Below, piece after piece: positions 13,639 through 26,641 of a stretch of DNA of 64,000 bases (its first letter is position 1; every line of letters starts with the position of its first letter). The notes under the pieces were generated by a model. The model was not told where the DNA came from, searched no databases, and saw only the letters and a program-made list of their open reading frames with translations. The DNA comes from Thalia democratica. Its lineage: Eukaryota. The stretch spans positions 77,190,001-77,254,000 of the forward strand of contig OZ241826.1 of the NCBI GenBank assembly GCA_965202585.1, in the 5' to 3' direction. Both the position numbers and the translations under genes were made by a program.

Positions 13639-13864
13639 CAGGCTTTTCCAAGTTTGAAAATAGTTCCTAATTACTATATTAGAAATTTAGGGGACTTTAA
13701 GTCCATAATTTGAAACATACACTAGATATTCTGAAGTCAATAATGAACAGCAAAAAAAAGTGTTAATCAAATTTAAGGGTAGTATTTTGATAAATTTTGT
13801 TGGAGAGGGCCAATGCTTTTTTAATTTCATCAGAGGGTGCATTTAAAAAGGTAAGAAAACCCTG
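13639..13864. mobile_element. Degenerate copy of the 3400 hAT MITE family
   Basis: CAGGCTTTTCCAAG ... AAGAAAACCCTG with shared core CACTAGATATT...GCAAAAAAAA and GAGGGCCAATGC. Confidence 0.6.
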
Positions 13865-15199
13865 ACCTAACAGTTTAATTGCTATGAAACCAACATGTTA
13901 TAATATAGAAATATTAAATACGGTAACAACAATAAATGTTATATTATTTCAATGTATGGAGAAAAAACAGTAAAATAAAAATAAATATTTGTCCTTGACA
14001 AACTTTATAAGGTATCCAAGTGATGTGCAATTCGATAATAGAAATATTTTTTCATGCACAAGGTCCTAGGACCTAATATTTTGAGTGTTTTTTTGTTATT
14101 CAATAAACAATAATAATATTTGAAAGAAATGGATATGTAATAACTTATATATTTATTTTACTGTTAGCTAAAACTAACATGTTAATTGTTAACAATTTTT
14201 TTAGATTTGATAATTATTAATATAATTATATAATAGATTTTAATTTTTTACTATAACAATCACATCTTTTAATAACTTATGCTGAATTGTGATCACTCTT
14301 AACAGTAACCTCTTATCATTGTGCTTATACTAAAAGTCAAGTAATTTAAGGCCATAGGGGAAGGTTAATTTTTAAAATGTGTCTTATTTTTTAATTTAAA
14401 AATCAAATATGTTTAGGCTGGAACTAGATTAGACAAAATAACATGTTAGTTAGACTCAGACCTTGGCAAGTTGCCGCAAAATACAGCACTATCTGGCATT
14501 ACTATCTAGTAGAAAACTAGTATATATAACATAAAAAAGCAAAACATAACTTAGTACTGTTTACTTAACTTATACTTATATACTTTTCAAAACATTAACC
14601 TGAAAATTTTGAGTTAAAAAATAATAAAGTAGAGAATGAATATGAAAATTAAATTTTTAACAAATAATTTATAAATGAGACATAGTAAAAAAAAATCTTG
14701 GAACTAAATATTGTCAATTTTTTTCTTAAAAATATTCTAAAATTTTTTGTTACACAACCAAAAATTCAGTATTCCAGAAAAAAAAAATACAAACTTAAAC
14801 AAATAATTATTCAAAAAAAGTTGATCTACATGTAAATACTTGAATTTCAGCTTAATAAAATTAAAGAAGGGACAAAATAAAATAAAAAACAGACTAATAG
14901 AGATAAAAATTTAAAAATAAGGTCTTCAAAATATTATGGTATAAGTTAAAAATGGATTTTTCCCCACCTATTTTGTTTAAATTTATCTTTTTTGTTGATT
15001 TTAATATAATGTATTGTTTTTATTTGAATTTTTAAATTAAAATAAAACTAAGCAACTTGGTACATAATATTTTTGAAAAAATAAGGAATTTATATTTTTA
15101 AACACAAATTAAAACATAATAACTTTTAAATAGAAATAAATAACATTTTGATGCATTACTTAACAGTAATTACAAAAACAAATAGTGTGTGGCTCTATG

Positions 15200-15671
15200 C
15201 AAGGTTGCAAGAAAGAAAGAAAGAAAAATGTGAATCCTCACAACTTTGGTCAATGGATTGGTGTGGAGAAAGACCTTTCTGATACCTCACACCAACTCTT
15301 TGAGCAAGTTTAAAGTCAAAAAAAATATCCTTAGTAACATTGTCTGTTCTGAGTTATCCTGATTTATTTTAAATATTTGAAAAATTTTAAAAAACTTATA
15401 AAATAATTTTTGCAAAATCAATAAAAATTAAGTTTTTGAACTAAACTGTTTATAATATATCAAAATATTGAAACTGGCACAACTAAATCACATTAAAGGG
15501 TTACAAGAAAATAGAGACTGATTTTTTTTTTTTTTTAAACTATCCTGATTTTTTGAATTTTAAGTTAGCCTGAGTTAGTTATCCTTAGTCATCCTAATAT
15601 TTTCAAAAATTTCAAACTGTCCTGAGTTATCTTGAGTATAATGAGTATTCTGAGTGTGTAACAACTTTCTG
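15200..15671. mobile_element. Old CAGGGTTGCCA-type MITE (CCTGAG subfamily)
   Basis: CAAGGTTGCAA ... TGAGTGTGTAACAACTTTCTG; CCTGAG repeats; flanks TCTATG/TCTAAG. Confidence 0.55.
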
Positions 15672-17849
15672 TCTAAGATCAAAATGTCTTCCTCCACATC
15701 AGTCTACTTGATCATTTCTTAGTTTCAAAATATATTTTTATCCATTATGCTAACTCATCTAATGATTATAAACATGAATGATGAAAAATTTTACTTATTG
15801 ATTTTAGCTCTAAAACATAAATTTATGTTTTGAGTTAAGTATGAAATTACAAAAATAATAGCTGATATCATTTGTTTAAAATCAACATTCAAATTTTGTA
15901 GAGTATAAGTTGCAGTAAATATTTAGATTTTGCATATCTTTGTAAAAGTTTTAAAACTAAATAAAAAGTCTAAATCTGACCTTTTTCAATTTAAGAAAAC
16001 AGTTATTTTCTTCAAAATTTTGATCTTAAGAAGAGTAAAGATGTAACATCAAAATCACTTTTAGTAAACTACTTATATTTATAAATGTGAAATGCAATGA
16101 AGCTAAAAGTTTCTTATATACAATACAGGATTGTGCACAAAACATTTTAAATTTAGCCTGGCCTTTCTCAATCAAGAACTATTTAGAACCATTTTCCCAA
16201 AGGTAGCAAATATTACCAAAGGGGTAATTTTGGCTGTCAAGGGGGTATTTATGAGTAAGGTGAAAAAAAAGTAAATTAGTAGTTTACTAGTAATGAGGTA
16301 ACATTTGGAAAATAGTGTAGTTATATTTAGTTTTCTGCCAAGAGAGCATTTATATAAATTACTTTAGAAAACCTTTGTTAGTCAGTGCCCAGATGGTCTT
16401 ATAACCAGATGAACCTACATAAGTTATAAGATAAGCTGTAGTTGTGTGGCTTAACACTAACAGAACTTTCTAACACATTATTTATTATTCAATTACAACT
16501 TATTTAAAAATATATTGTCCCTGAAAAAAAATCATAAAGTTTCAGTATTCAGTACTTGAATTATTGTGTAACTGCAACAGATTCATTTAAAATTTCTTTT
16601 ATAGAATGCAAACTCACAATAACTAACATTTTGCTGAATGCTTGTTAAAAAAGAAAATAACAGTTTAATAATCTATAAATAAAAAACTTAGTTTTTCAGC
16701 ATTTGAACTGACAAACACTAACATTTTGCCACTTTTTCCGAAAAAAATTATTTAGGCTGAATTAGCCACAAGCATTTAGATTCCAAAAACTCTGATTATA
16801 TTTTATTGCATTACTTACAAGACTTTTAATAGTCTTATGAATGATTTAAGTACTTATTAGACTAAGTGTAGTTTTCTAACATAAAACATTATATTAAAAA
16901 TATTAATTTGCTACAAACTGTGTTGTTTCATCATAGTTTAACTTTTTTACTAAATTTTTATAAGGTTTTGCTATCTACTTTAAAAGAAAAACTTAAATTA
17001 AATAACAATGTAGAAACATTGATAACAGCTTTTTTTCATCAATAATAAAGTTGTGTATTGAAAACAAGGTTTATTGATGAAAATTAGAAAAACAATATTA
17101 GTATGATTCACTTCATTTGTTAAAACTGTACTAATTATACTCTGTCAAAAAAGATTTGTGAAAAAGTATATTTTTTCAAATGTTATGACTTAATAGTATA
17201 TAACAATACAAAATTGATGACATAAATTTTTATGAACTAAATAATGCAGTAAAACATTATTAATAAAGTGAGAATATTTGTTGAGTAAAAATTAAAAGAA
17301 TATAAAGTTTTATGTTAAATATAGAAAGAATAAAACTTTGCAATTATAACCATATTTAAAATTTTAAAGATATTTTTTAAAAGAACACAACATATTTTTA
17401 ATACACTAGAATATTTAATGATATTGAAATAAAATAAAACTATTATTTTTAACCCAAACTAAGTTCTTACAATATCATTCTGTATCTAAACTTTATTACA
17501 GACAATGTTTGTTTGAAGTCTATCTCCTGGAGACTGGAAGAAGGCTAATTCAAACAAATATTACATCTTATTATCCTAATTTATCAAGGGTTGATATCTC
17601 TGCCACAACTGTTTTTACCTTTTCAAGAAGAACATGTTTTGTAATAAATGATAAATACCACTTGAGTTATGAAATACCTGTTTAGGGTTATTACTTTCTA
17701 TATACTTAGCAATTGTGACAAATATAATATTCTTAAAGTAAGACAAAATTTGTAAACATTTTAGATTTTTAGATGCTGTAAAACTAACTAACATGCTCAG
17801 AAATATTATGCTTGGTTGGTTAGGATAGGTTTTGTATTCAAAAGTTATA

Positions 17850-19300
17850 TTTCGAGAAAAAAATTAAAAAGTTATCTATAGCAGGGTTTTTCAGACTCAT
17901 TTTTTTAAAAACCCTTCCTGGGTAGAAACTTAACAATAATCACCTCTGACCTCGCCACTATTTGTTAAATTACTTTCTTTACTTTTTTTTCATTTAATTT
18001 TTTCCGGCTAGTTATTTACCGATAATGCCCTGTACTAAAAAATAACAACAACTAAAAAAATTTGTTATTTTTTTTACACTAAACTAAATCTTAAACTTTA
18101 ATAAAAAAAAACTATATTCAGAGTTTATTAAAATATAAAGTTTATAGACTCTTTCTGCACCAATAAGAAGTGTGTATAAAAATAACTGTTTATCAAACAA
18201 CTGACGTATAAGTTTAAATTATTAAAGTCTTAATCGAAATATCGAAAGTTTAGTTAGACTTTAAATATAAGTAAATAAAATATATTGAAAAAAAAAGATT
18301 ATAAAACACTTAAGAAAAAATAGTTAAAAAAAAAATTTTATTTTCAATTTAAGTGATGTAGAAACAAACAATTGCATTATGAAATTTTACTCTACTGCTG
18401 TATCTACGTGATTTTTTTAAAAATTTTATTTATATACTACTATAAATAACATTATTATGTAATAAATAATTTGATATTAATTTTTTTCTGTAAATTCTTT
18501 CGTTATTATTAAAAAACTTCAAATAATTAATTTTTGACAGAAGGTTTTATGTATAAAAAACTTATACGTTTTATTTAGTTGGTTTTTTGTGATCATATAG
18601 GTTTTTTTTTTAATTATGTAAAAATATTAAATAGTAAAGTAAAGAGCAAGGTTAAAATTTTCACAAAGATATTTAGAACTTGTTTTAATTAGAAAAAATT
18701 GATGTTAAAGATATTTTTTTATGTAGAGTTGTTAGAGAATAAAAATTTATGCGAATACTATTCCTTTTTACCATTAAAGCAAGAATTTCTAAAAAAAATC
18801 GAATTTCTTTATAAATGCTGATCACTTATATTAATTTTTTATCTCGAACAATTTTAGCTATATTCCAAGTACCATAATAATATGTTTGATCATAAAAATC
18901 TATTATAAATACTCAGAGGAAATCTGAAATAAAAACATTACATCTTAATTTTTAGGTAAAAAACAGGTATTTGTTTGTTTAAAACTTAAAAAAAAAGAAC
19001 ATTTTTCAGTTCGTTTTAAATTTTTGTTTTGCATAAAAAAAAAAGAATTGTCACAAATTTAGCTGATTTCAGTATTAATCTTAATGAACAAAGTTGTAAA
19101 GATTAGGTGGTAGATGAAGTAGACCAAAAACCAATAGTAATCTTCTCTAGTCATTCAAAGCGTCTTGTCTAGATCTAAGTCTTACTAAATAAATTGAACT
19201 AAGACTAACCTTTCACATTTAAAACTACTTTACAAACATAAAAAAATAACAGTTAACCGGCAGAACTGTTGTTTTATTTTTTTGTAAAAAATAATTCTAT
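17850..19300. promoter_or_regulatory. CpG-retaining island between two CpG-depleted domains; candidate divergent promoter of RRP7A and the rost-like gene
   Basis: More than a dozen CpGs by eye in 1.4 kb versus a handful across 13100-17800; lies between two divergently oriented genes. Confidence 0.35.
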
Positions 19301-19644
19301 AAATTATATACAAGTTTTCTAATGGTTTATCAGAATCAATAACAAGGTCTTGAAGAAAATTGTATTTAAAAAAAAATGTTTAATGTAGTGAATGTATGTG
19401 ATTAATTTATTGCTTTTTTAACATCAGCTGAAATATAGGTTCTTTCCCTAAAGTACTCATTTTAAATGTTTTTTTTTGTGGTTTGAACTACAACATTAGA
19501 GTAAAAAAATGCTGTAGCTAAAGTACAAAAACAAAAATTTACATATAATTAGTTTTGAAATCATATCAAAAATAACTTAACTATTCATAATAGAGTTTAT
19601 TTAACAGTTATTCATCTAAGTGTTAACAGTGTATTCCTAAATAT

Positions 19645-19960
19645 CAGAGTTTCCATACTCATTTTCATAATCACCTCTTTTCAGAAAATTATAAAAAAGA
19701 TTTTAAGTGAAAAAAAAGGTTGCCCCCATAAAAAAAGATTGCCTGAAAATTAGTCTTATGGTATGGGGGTCATAATTAAAAACTCTCTGAGTTAAATATT
19801 GCGAGATTAAAACCAAATGGTTGACAAACATTCAAAAATTAATACTACATTGCAATATATCTAGTGTGAGTTATAAATCTTCTGTCAATTTTATCTAGAA
19901 CTTGCTACCTTACTAGTTATAACCCTTATTTTCATTACTAATCATCCTAAACCCCATTAT
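19645..19960 (-). mobile_element. Degenerate inverted copy of the 3400 hAT MITE family
   Basis: CAGAGTTTCCATACT end and ATATCTAGTGTGAGTT (reverse complement of core AACTCACACTAGATAT); right boundary approximate. Confidence 0.45.
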
Positions 19961-20564
19961 TTCTAGAGTAAATTTAAAATATCCCTATAAATAAAATTAG
20001 ACCATCAAAAAAAATCATTACATACCCAAGAATACTATGGTACATTGCTTGATACTACAAAAAGTCTTTTTAAAACATTTAGTAATTATTCTATTAAAAA
20101 CAGTTAAGTTGATTCCTTAATAATCATTAAGAACAAAAACAAACTACTTATCAAAATATTTTGCACTTTAAATATAAATAAAATATAGAAAATTTTTCAT
20201 GGAATATCAATTCATAACAATTTAATAAATGCACAAACTTAATTTTTTTCATAAAAAAAATTTCAAATCAATTCTTATTTACTGTTAAATTCATGTTAAA
20301 TTTTTATGTTAAATTTTTAAACATTAAATGTTTATTTTTTGTGAGTTTTTTCTTAATTTTTGTTATTTAGTATTTGTTACAAAAAATAATAAGTTTTATT
20401 TTTTTTTACAAATTAAATAAAATGCACCCTAACACCATTTTAAATTGAAATTCATTAATATTTTCTTTAAGCATAAATGTTTTGGTGCTGTCTATTGAAA
20501 ACTAATTGTTATAAAATTTAAAACTTTTTAATTTGTTAAGACTAGGCTCTTGAATGATTTAAGA

Positions 20565-21110
20565 CAGTGGTCGGCACGGTGTACACTGGTGCACATTAGT
20601 GTACATGAAATTTATTTTACGGTGCTCAAGACTTTGGGGTGCATGAAACTTATTTTGGGGTACATGAATTTTTTTTTTTTGGGCAGAAACTAAAGTAATA
20701 CCTATGTTAAACACAGATAGTAATTGCTTTATAAAAAGTTATTAAGTTAACTTAACTAAATATTTAAACTACTATTTAATAAAAAGTACCAAGACTACTG
20801 GTAATTTGGGTAGTTGCAATGAATTAACTTAAACTAGTTAGTATTTTAGACCTGGGTGATACAAGTAAAATATTGTTGTGAAAATTAGATCATTGATATT
20901 AAAAGTTTATTGAAATGGATAGGGTAAACTGGTAAATTTAAAGTTAGAGTGTAAAAATTAACTTGGTGTTACCAAATTATTAAAAAAAAAGGTTAAAAGT
21001 GTTTACATATTCTTAAACACTAGCAGCGCTAAAGAATGCAAATTGGGGTGCATAGAATTTTAATTTTGTGATTTAGGGTTCACGGATTCGAAGTAGCGCG
21101 CCAACCACAG
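20565..21110. mobile_element. hAT MITE, CAGTGGTCGGCAC-type TIR
   Basis: CAGTGGTCGGCAC ... GCGCCAACCACAG; flanks ATTTAAGA/ATCTAAAA (8 bp, 2 mismatches). A related end (CAGTGGTCGGCAAAC) lies on the minus strand at about 38780-38804. Confidence 0.7.
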
Positions 21111-21715
21111 ATCTAAAAGAAAGAAGCTAAATTATTTTATTTTCATTAGTTTTATATAAAATTAAAGTATGACAACTATGCACCTTAGAATTTTTTTTTT
21201 TTTTAAACTTTACCATTATTTCTTAATTAGAAGCCTTTTTTAGTCATATTTGAATTATTTTTTATTTAAGCTTAATAAGTTTTGACCCTTATAAACTTTT
21301 AATATCAAAGTTTAAACTTTTAAGTTTAATTCTATTTACATACAAAAAAGGTTTGTGCATTATTTTATATGTATGATTTAGGTGTTTTGACTTAAATGGA
21401 ACTGTATTTCTTTTTAAACTTAATGTTATACTCAAATTTCTTAATTTCATGCTTTTCATGTACTACAAAAAACTCTAGATAATAATGTAAAAGACAAGTT
21501 TAATCAAAAACTTAGGATTAACTAAAAAAAAAGTTACCTAGTTACTAATGATTTGTTTTTAGTTTTGAAATAGCTTGTAACTTTTACAGTATTTGATAAG
21601 GTTTATTTACAAAATTAAGCTCTAAGCTTAAAGCTAGTTTTAGCTCTAAGCTTAAAGACCATAAGGGGTAGATCCAGCATTTTTATCAAAAAATGACACC
21701 AGCCTATGTAAAGCT

Positions 21716-22400
21716 TAAGGCCATAGGGGGGGTAAGCCATGTTTTTTACAAGTTGATCTTATTTTAAAGATTTTTTCTAAGCTTCAAGATGCCTTTATCA
21801 TTTTAGAAAATTCGAATTTTTTTTTGAGATATGTCCAGTCAAAGTTGGGCCTCATAACAGGTTCCTGTAGGAAGGGAAAACTAAAACAGCAAAAAAAGAC
21901 TATTTTATTCAAAATCTATCTCCTCCTACATTTTCAAGCAATCTTCTTCAAACTTTCTCAATCTAACCTTTATACATTAACAAAAAAACGTTACTTTGGA
22001 CTTAAAAAAATCTTCTGAAAAATTTTTTTTTTGAAAAAAAAAACTTTTTTTTTTATTTTTGTTATAAAAATTTTGTTTTATTAAATTATTAAAATTCATG
22101 AGTAAAGTTTTTTTCTTTTAATTTAAGGAACATTTCTCTAAAATTTGAAGAAGGTTGCTTGAGAAATGAAGGAGATAGATTTTTAGAGATTTTTAAAGTT
22201 TCTATCAAAATTTATCCAAATAATTTTTGGTCCATGCGTTTGTATCAAAAATCAGTCTGACTCAAGGTAGTTTTTTTTTATTAAAAGGCAGGATAGTTTT
22301 GAGATTTAAAAAATATCTTAGCACAAACTTTTTTATAGATATTGAATAAGATTTGGTTGATTCAGTTTTTATATTTATTTAAACATCAATTATATAAACA
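21716..22400. mobile_element. Possible TTAA-flanked (Kolobok/piggyBac-like) foldback element
   Basis: TTAA|GGCCATAGGGG start, also at 14346 and similar at 21652 and 23504; inverted arms about 21910-21960 vs 22135-22185. Right boundary uncertain. Confidence 0.4.
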
Positions 22401-25076
22401 TATATGTATGATTTTTATTTATTCTTATAAATAAAATGGACATGAGGTAAAGTAGTGTGCGCCAGAGTCAAAAAATCATTTTAAGGATTTAAAAAAAAAA
22501 CTGGACTACTCAGGACAGTTTAAGGTCACTCAGGACAGTTTTTGATCATTCAGGATAATTTTTTGAATTGAAGAAAGGCAACCCAAGTATAAGCTAAAAA
22601 TACTTTCTATAAATTAAAGCAGAAAATTTACTTAACCCTTTAGATATATTCAGTATTGCATGTAAGAAGTTTTTTTTTGTTTTGTTTTTTAAGAACATTA
22701 GCATATAAATATTTTTTGCTTTATGTTTTTGTGCTAAAGACCCTTAAATCCTTTTAGTTTGATTTTTCTACATAACACCTGTTATGCTATACAGTTTTAA
22801 TCTATAATATCTCAAAATTTACTTTGAACTTTTGAAATAAACAACTATTAGCTTTGTAAAATTATACTAATTAAGACTAAATATTTAAAAAACTGTTCTT
22901 CCGTACCGGCCTTAATAGCTTGATTAATATTTTCAGATTTTATATTGTAAATAGTGAATAATGTCATAAAAAATAAACTTGAATTTTCTGGTATAAAAAT
23001 ACTTAGCAACCTTTTATTAATTAAAAGATGTTATATTAAAAATGTGTATTTTTTAACTTGGAAATTACCAGGTGATGTGTAAAAATAACATTGTATATGT
23101 TGTCTGAAAGTTGTTTGGTAAACATTTTATCTCTTTTTGATTTATAAACTTACTCTTTTTTGTACTCAAGTTATATAAATGATAACTTACTACTTTTTAT
23201 TTTTAAACTTTTGCTTTTTAAGCTTCTTGTCACATTATACTTGTGAAAAATCTTTATAGTTTAAATAAACTTAATGTTCTATTACTTTTAAGAAAATGTT
23301 TTTAAATTTATTCTGTTTGTAAGTTAATACAATCCTTGAGTTTTGACTTATTCTCTGAAAATCACGTAGCCTACTGGTACTTTTTCATAATATTGTAATC
23401 AATTATGTTATAAAATTGACCTTAAAAATTAGAAGTTACAGCATAGTAAATATGAGTTTAGCATAAATTTTTGTACTTAAAAAAATTATTTGATTGTTTT
23501 ATTCAGGCCATAAAGGGTCAAAGTACCCTTTACAAAAATTAAGATAAGCTTATATATTATAGCTTAAAGTATGAATTATACTTATAGGCCAGTTTTTGTA
23601 GAACAAAAGTTTCCATCAACTCTTGTGGTAAAGACATTAAAAAAAAATTATAACAGATGTTTTTTTTTAATAAACTTTGTGTAGCTATTTTTATTTAAAA
23701 AAAATCTAAGAAATACCTCTACTTTTTGAGCCATAATCTTAAATTTTTAAGGAACATTGTTTGATTAGTTAAAGAGATCTTCTTTAGAACTAAGAAAAAG
23801 TAGGCAAAAAAAGCAAAAAAAAAAGTATTTTATTTTATCCAAAAGTATTTGAAAATAGTTTTACTAGAATTATGTAGTTATTATTAATATTTAAGATATT
23901 AAAAATATTTTTTTAAATAAAAGAAAAAGTATATTTCTAATAAAGTTGTCTTTTTTGACATTTTTTATAAGGAACCCTTAAACTCAAAAACTTAAGTTAT
24001 TTATATCTTGAAAAACCTTTGTATATTTTTAAGCTTTAAAAGATATCTAATCTGATAGTTTAGTTAAATTTTATAAAATAAGAGCAGATAGTAAAAAAAA
24101 GTTGAACTTCCTATAATTTTATCTTACAACTTTTAATGAATCTGAAAAAATGTTACACTTCACTATTTTAAATTTTTTGTGCATCCTTTTTGTTTAGTTA
24201 TTCGTATTGTGCTTTTGTAAAAAAAAAAAGGTAACTTTAAACAGCAGGTTATAGAAAGTAATATGCATATACTTCTAATAAACATAAAATATTATTTAAC
24301 ATCACATTATAGTTTTTATAAGTTTGTGGTTATGATTTTTTAAACTTATAGCTACAATATAATTAACTAAAAACCAATAATTAAAAAAGTATTAACAGTT
24401 TTGGTATATTGCTAGGAAGACTAAACTAATTGTGTAATGCAAATGCAAAACGTATATATTTAGTGGCTTTTAGAAATTGCAAGAAGAGTATCACAAAGAG
24501 TTAATCCACTGAAGTTTTAAAACAAAGAGTTTCTTACAAAACTAACTTTGTTCAATAGTTTTTATTAAAGTTTTTATATTATTTGTAAAGTATCCTACAG
24601 CCATACTTTAAGCCAGGTGTTAGCAAATAGTGATATGCTTCTTAGCTAAAAACAATTTATGCAGTAGAAGAAAGTTGCAAGCTTTTTTATAATTAAAGTA
24701 TACCAACATGTTCTTTCTTACTTGTTATTTGGCACATTATGTCTGTTTTAAATGGTTTAATTTTATTTTAAATAAAACATAATTATAAAATGACTTCTTT
24801 TAAGTTTGTATCGTCATAAAAATATTAAAGCATGATTGTCCATTACTCCTAAAAGGCTGCTATAAACTTTCAATAACATTTCAATTTCAATCTTAGCAGC
24901 AAATTAATTTTTATAAAAACTTTTTATACCTCTCCTATCACTAAAACCAAGCTAATTAATTACGCTGTTGAAGGATGAATAAGATTTTTTTTACACTCTC
25001 TTGAGAGATCAAACTTGTGTTTTAATTCAGATACTATAAATGTTAATTAATTGAGCAAATAGTTTTTAGGCTTCTG

Positions 25077-25531
25077 CAGGGTTGCCACACACTCATGGAA
25101 TTCAGGGAAACTCAGGGACTTTTCAAGTTATAGAAAATCACAGGGAAGCTCAGGGAATTTCGATTCTTTCTTTTTAACTCAGGGAAACTCAGGGCAGTTT
25201 TGGTTTTTCTAAAAGTTTCAGGAAAGTTTTAAGATTTTTAAAAAGATCTCAGGAATCTTTTTTCTAAATCTAGAATGAGATTTAGTTTATCCAGTTTCAA
25301 TACTTTGTTCAAGAAAGTTAATTTTATTTGTTTTTAAGTGCTTATTTAAAAATTTTTTAGCCTTGTGGCTAGTTCTTCAATATTCTTAGAATTATCATTG
25401 TAATTTTTTAATACACAATTAAAAATTATACATTTAAAAAAAAACTCAGGGAAACTCTGGAAGTTTAATGTTACTCAGGAAGGTTTCTGGTCACTCAGGG
25501 AAGATTTTTTGACTCAAAGAGCGGCAATCTG
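25077..25531. mobile_element. CAGGGTTGCCA-type MITE, inverted relative of 6771-7149
   Basis: CAGGGTTGCCACACACTCA ... CTCAAAGAGCGGCAATCTG; body is the reverse complement of 6771-7149; 6-bp flanks CTTCTG/CTTCTG. Confidence 0.88.
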
Positions 25532-25699
25532 CTTCTGTTAGTAAAACAATTTTTTGTTTGAAATTTTTGTAGAGTATAATAAGTTAATCATTGTAAAAGA
25601 AAAACCATGTAAAGCCTTGGTTAATCAGTTCAAAATTATAATGATCTTGTTTTTCTCACTTGTAAACAAACAGTTTAATGGGTTTTATAAAGTTCTAAA

Positions 25700-26055
25700 G
25701 ACTATCTAGGCTAAAAAAACTGAAAAACCTGGAATTTGAAAAATTTTGAAAAAACCTGGAGTTTTGAACAAAAATCACTAAAAAACCTGGAATTTAAACA
25801 ATTTTCACATGTTAAGTAGTAAAATTTTAGTTTGGCATGAAAAATCTACCATATAAATAGAATTTTTTTTTTAATATAAAAAACATTTAAAGTAGCTTTA
25901 CAGTATCTTTTTAATGTTGTTATATTACTTATCACAGTTTTCAACCTTAAATTTAGCTTTAAACTAAAAATTGACACAAAATCATGTCCTTTTAAAAACC
26001 TGGAAGAAATTCAAAAAAGCTGGAAGAAATTTCTCAAAAAAACTTGGCAACCCTG
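25700..26055. mobile_element. Truncated CAGGGTTGCCA-type MITE (inverted relative of 7604-7961)
   Basis: AAAAACCTGGAA repeats ending TTGGCAACCCTG; other TIR missing. Confidence 0.75.
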
Positions 26056-26641
26056 AATATAAGTTAGTTTTAGTTAAATTCGCAGAAGTTGTTGGTAAAA
26101 TAAGGTTTGAAGAAACAAATTTTTGATAAATTTCGAAAAATGTGTTTATTTAACTTGTCTTTATTGAAATAAATTGTTAACTTTTAGTTTTATTTTTATT
26201 TAACTTAATTTTTTAAATACCACTATTATAAATGATTCCAACAAAACTGTTAAATTTAGCTCAGCGTTTTTTATAAGAATACTATGCAATATATTTAAAT
26301 CTTGAGTTTTTGAGTTTTTTTATTTTAAACTTGGAACAAAATTGTTTAACACTACTATCTTTTTATTATGAAAGTGTAGAAACTAATAATTTATTTAAAT
26401 TTTTTTCAAATACAAAGTTAAAAAAAATAAGCCTTTAATCTTTAAACTTAAGTTGAATAAAATCAAAATATCAAAGTATTTATTAATGTATACTTTTACT
26501 AAAACTTAATACTTTCAAATTGAAATAGTTACTATGGTTTTATATTAAATTAGTGTATATATTTCAACTAATCAAAAACCAATTTTTACAACTACAGCAC
26601 AAAACCATCTTGTAAATAAAAATCTATGACAAACACAACAA

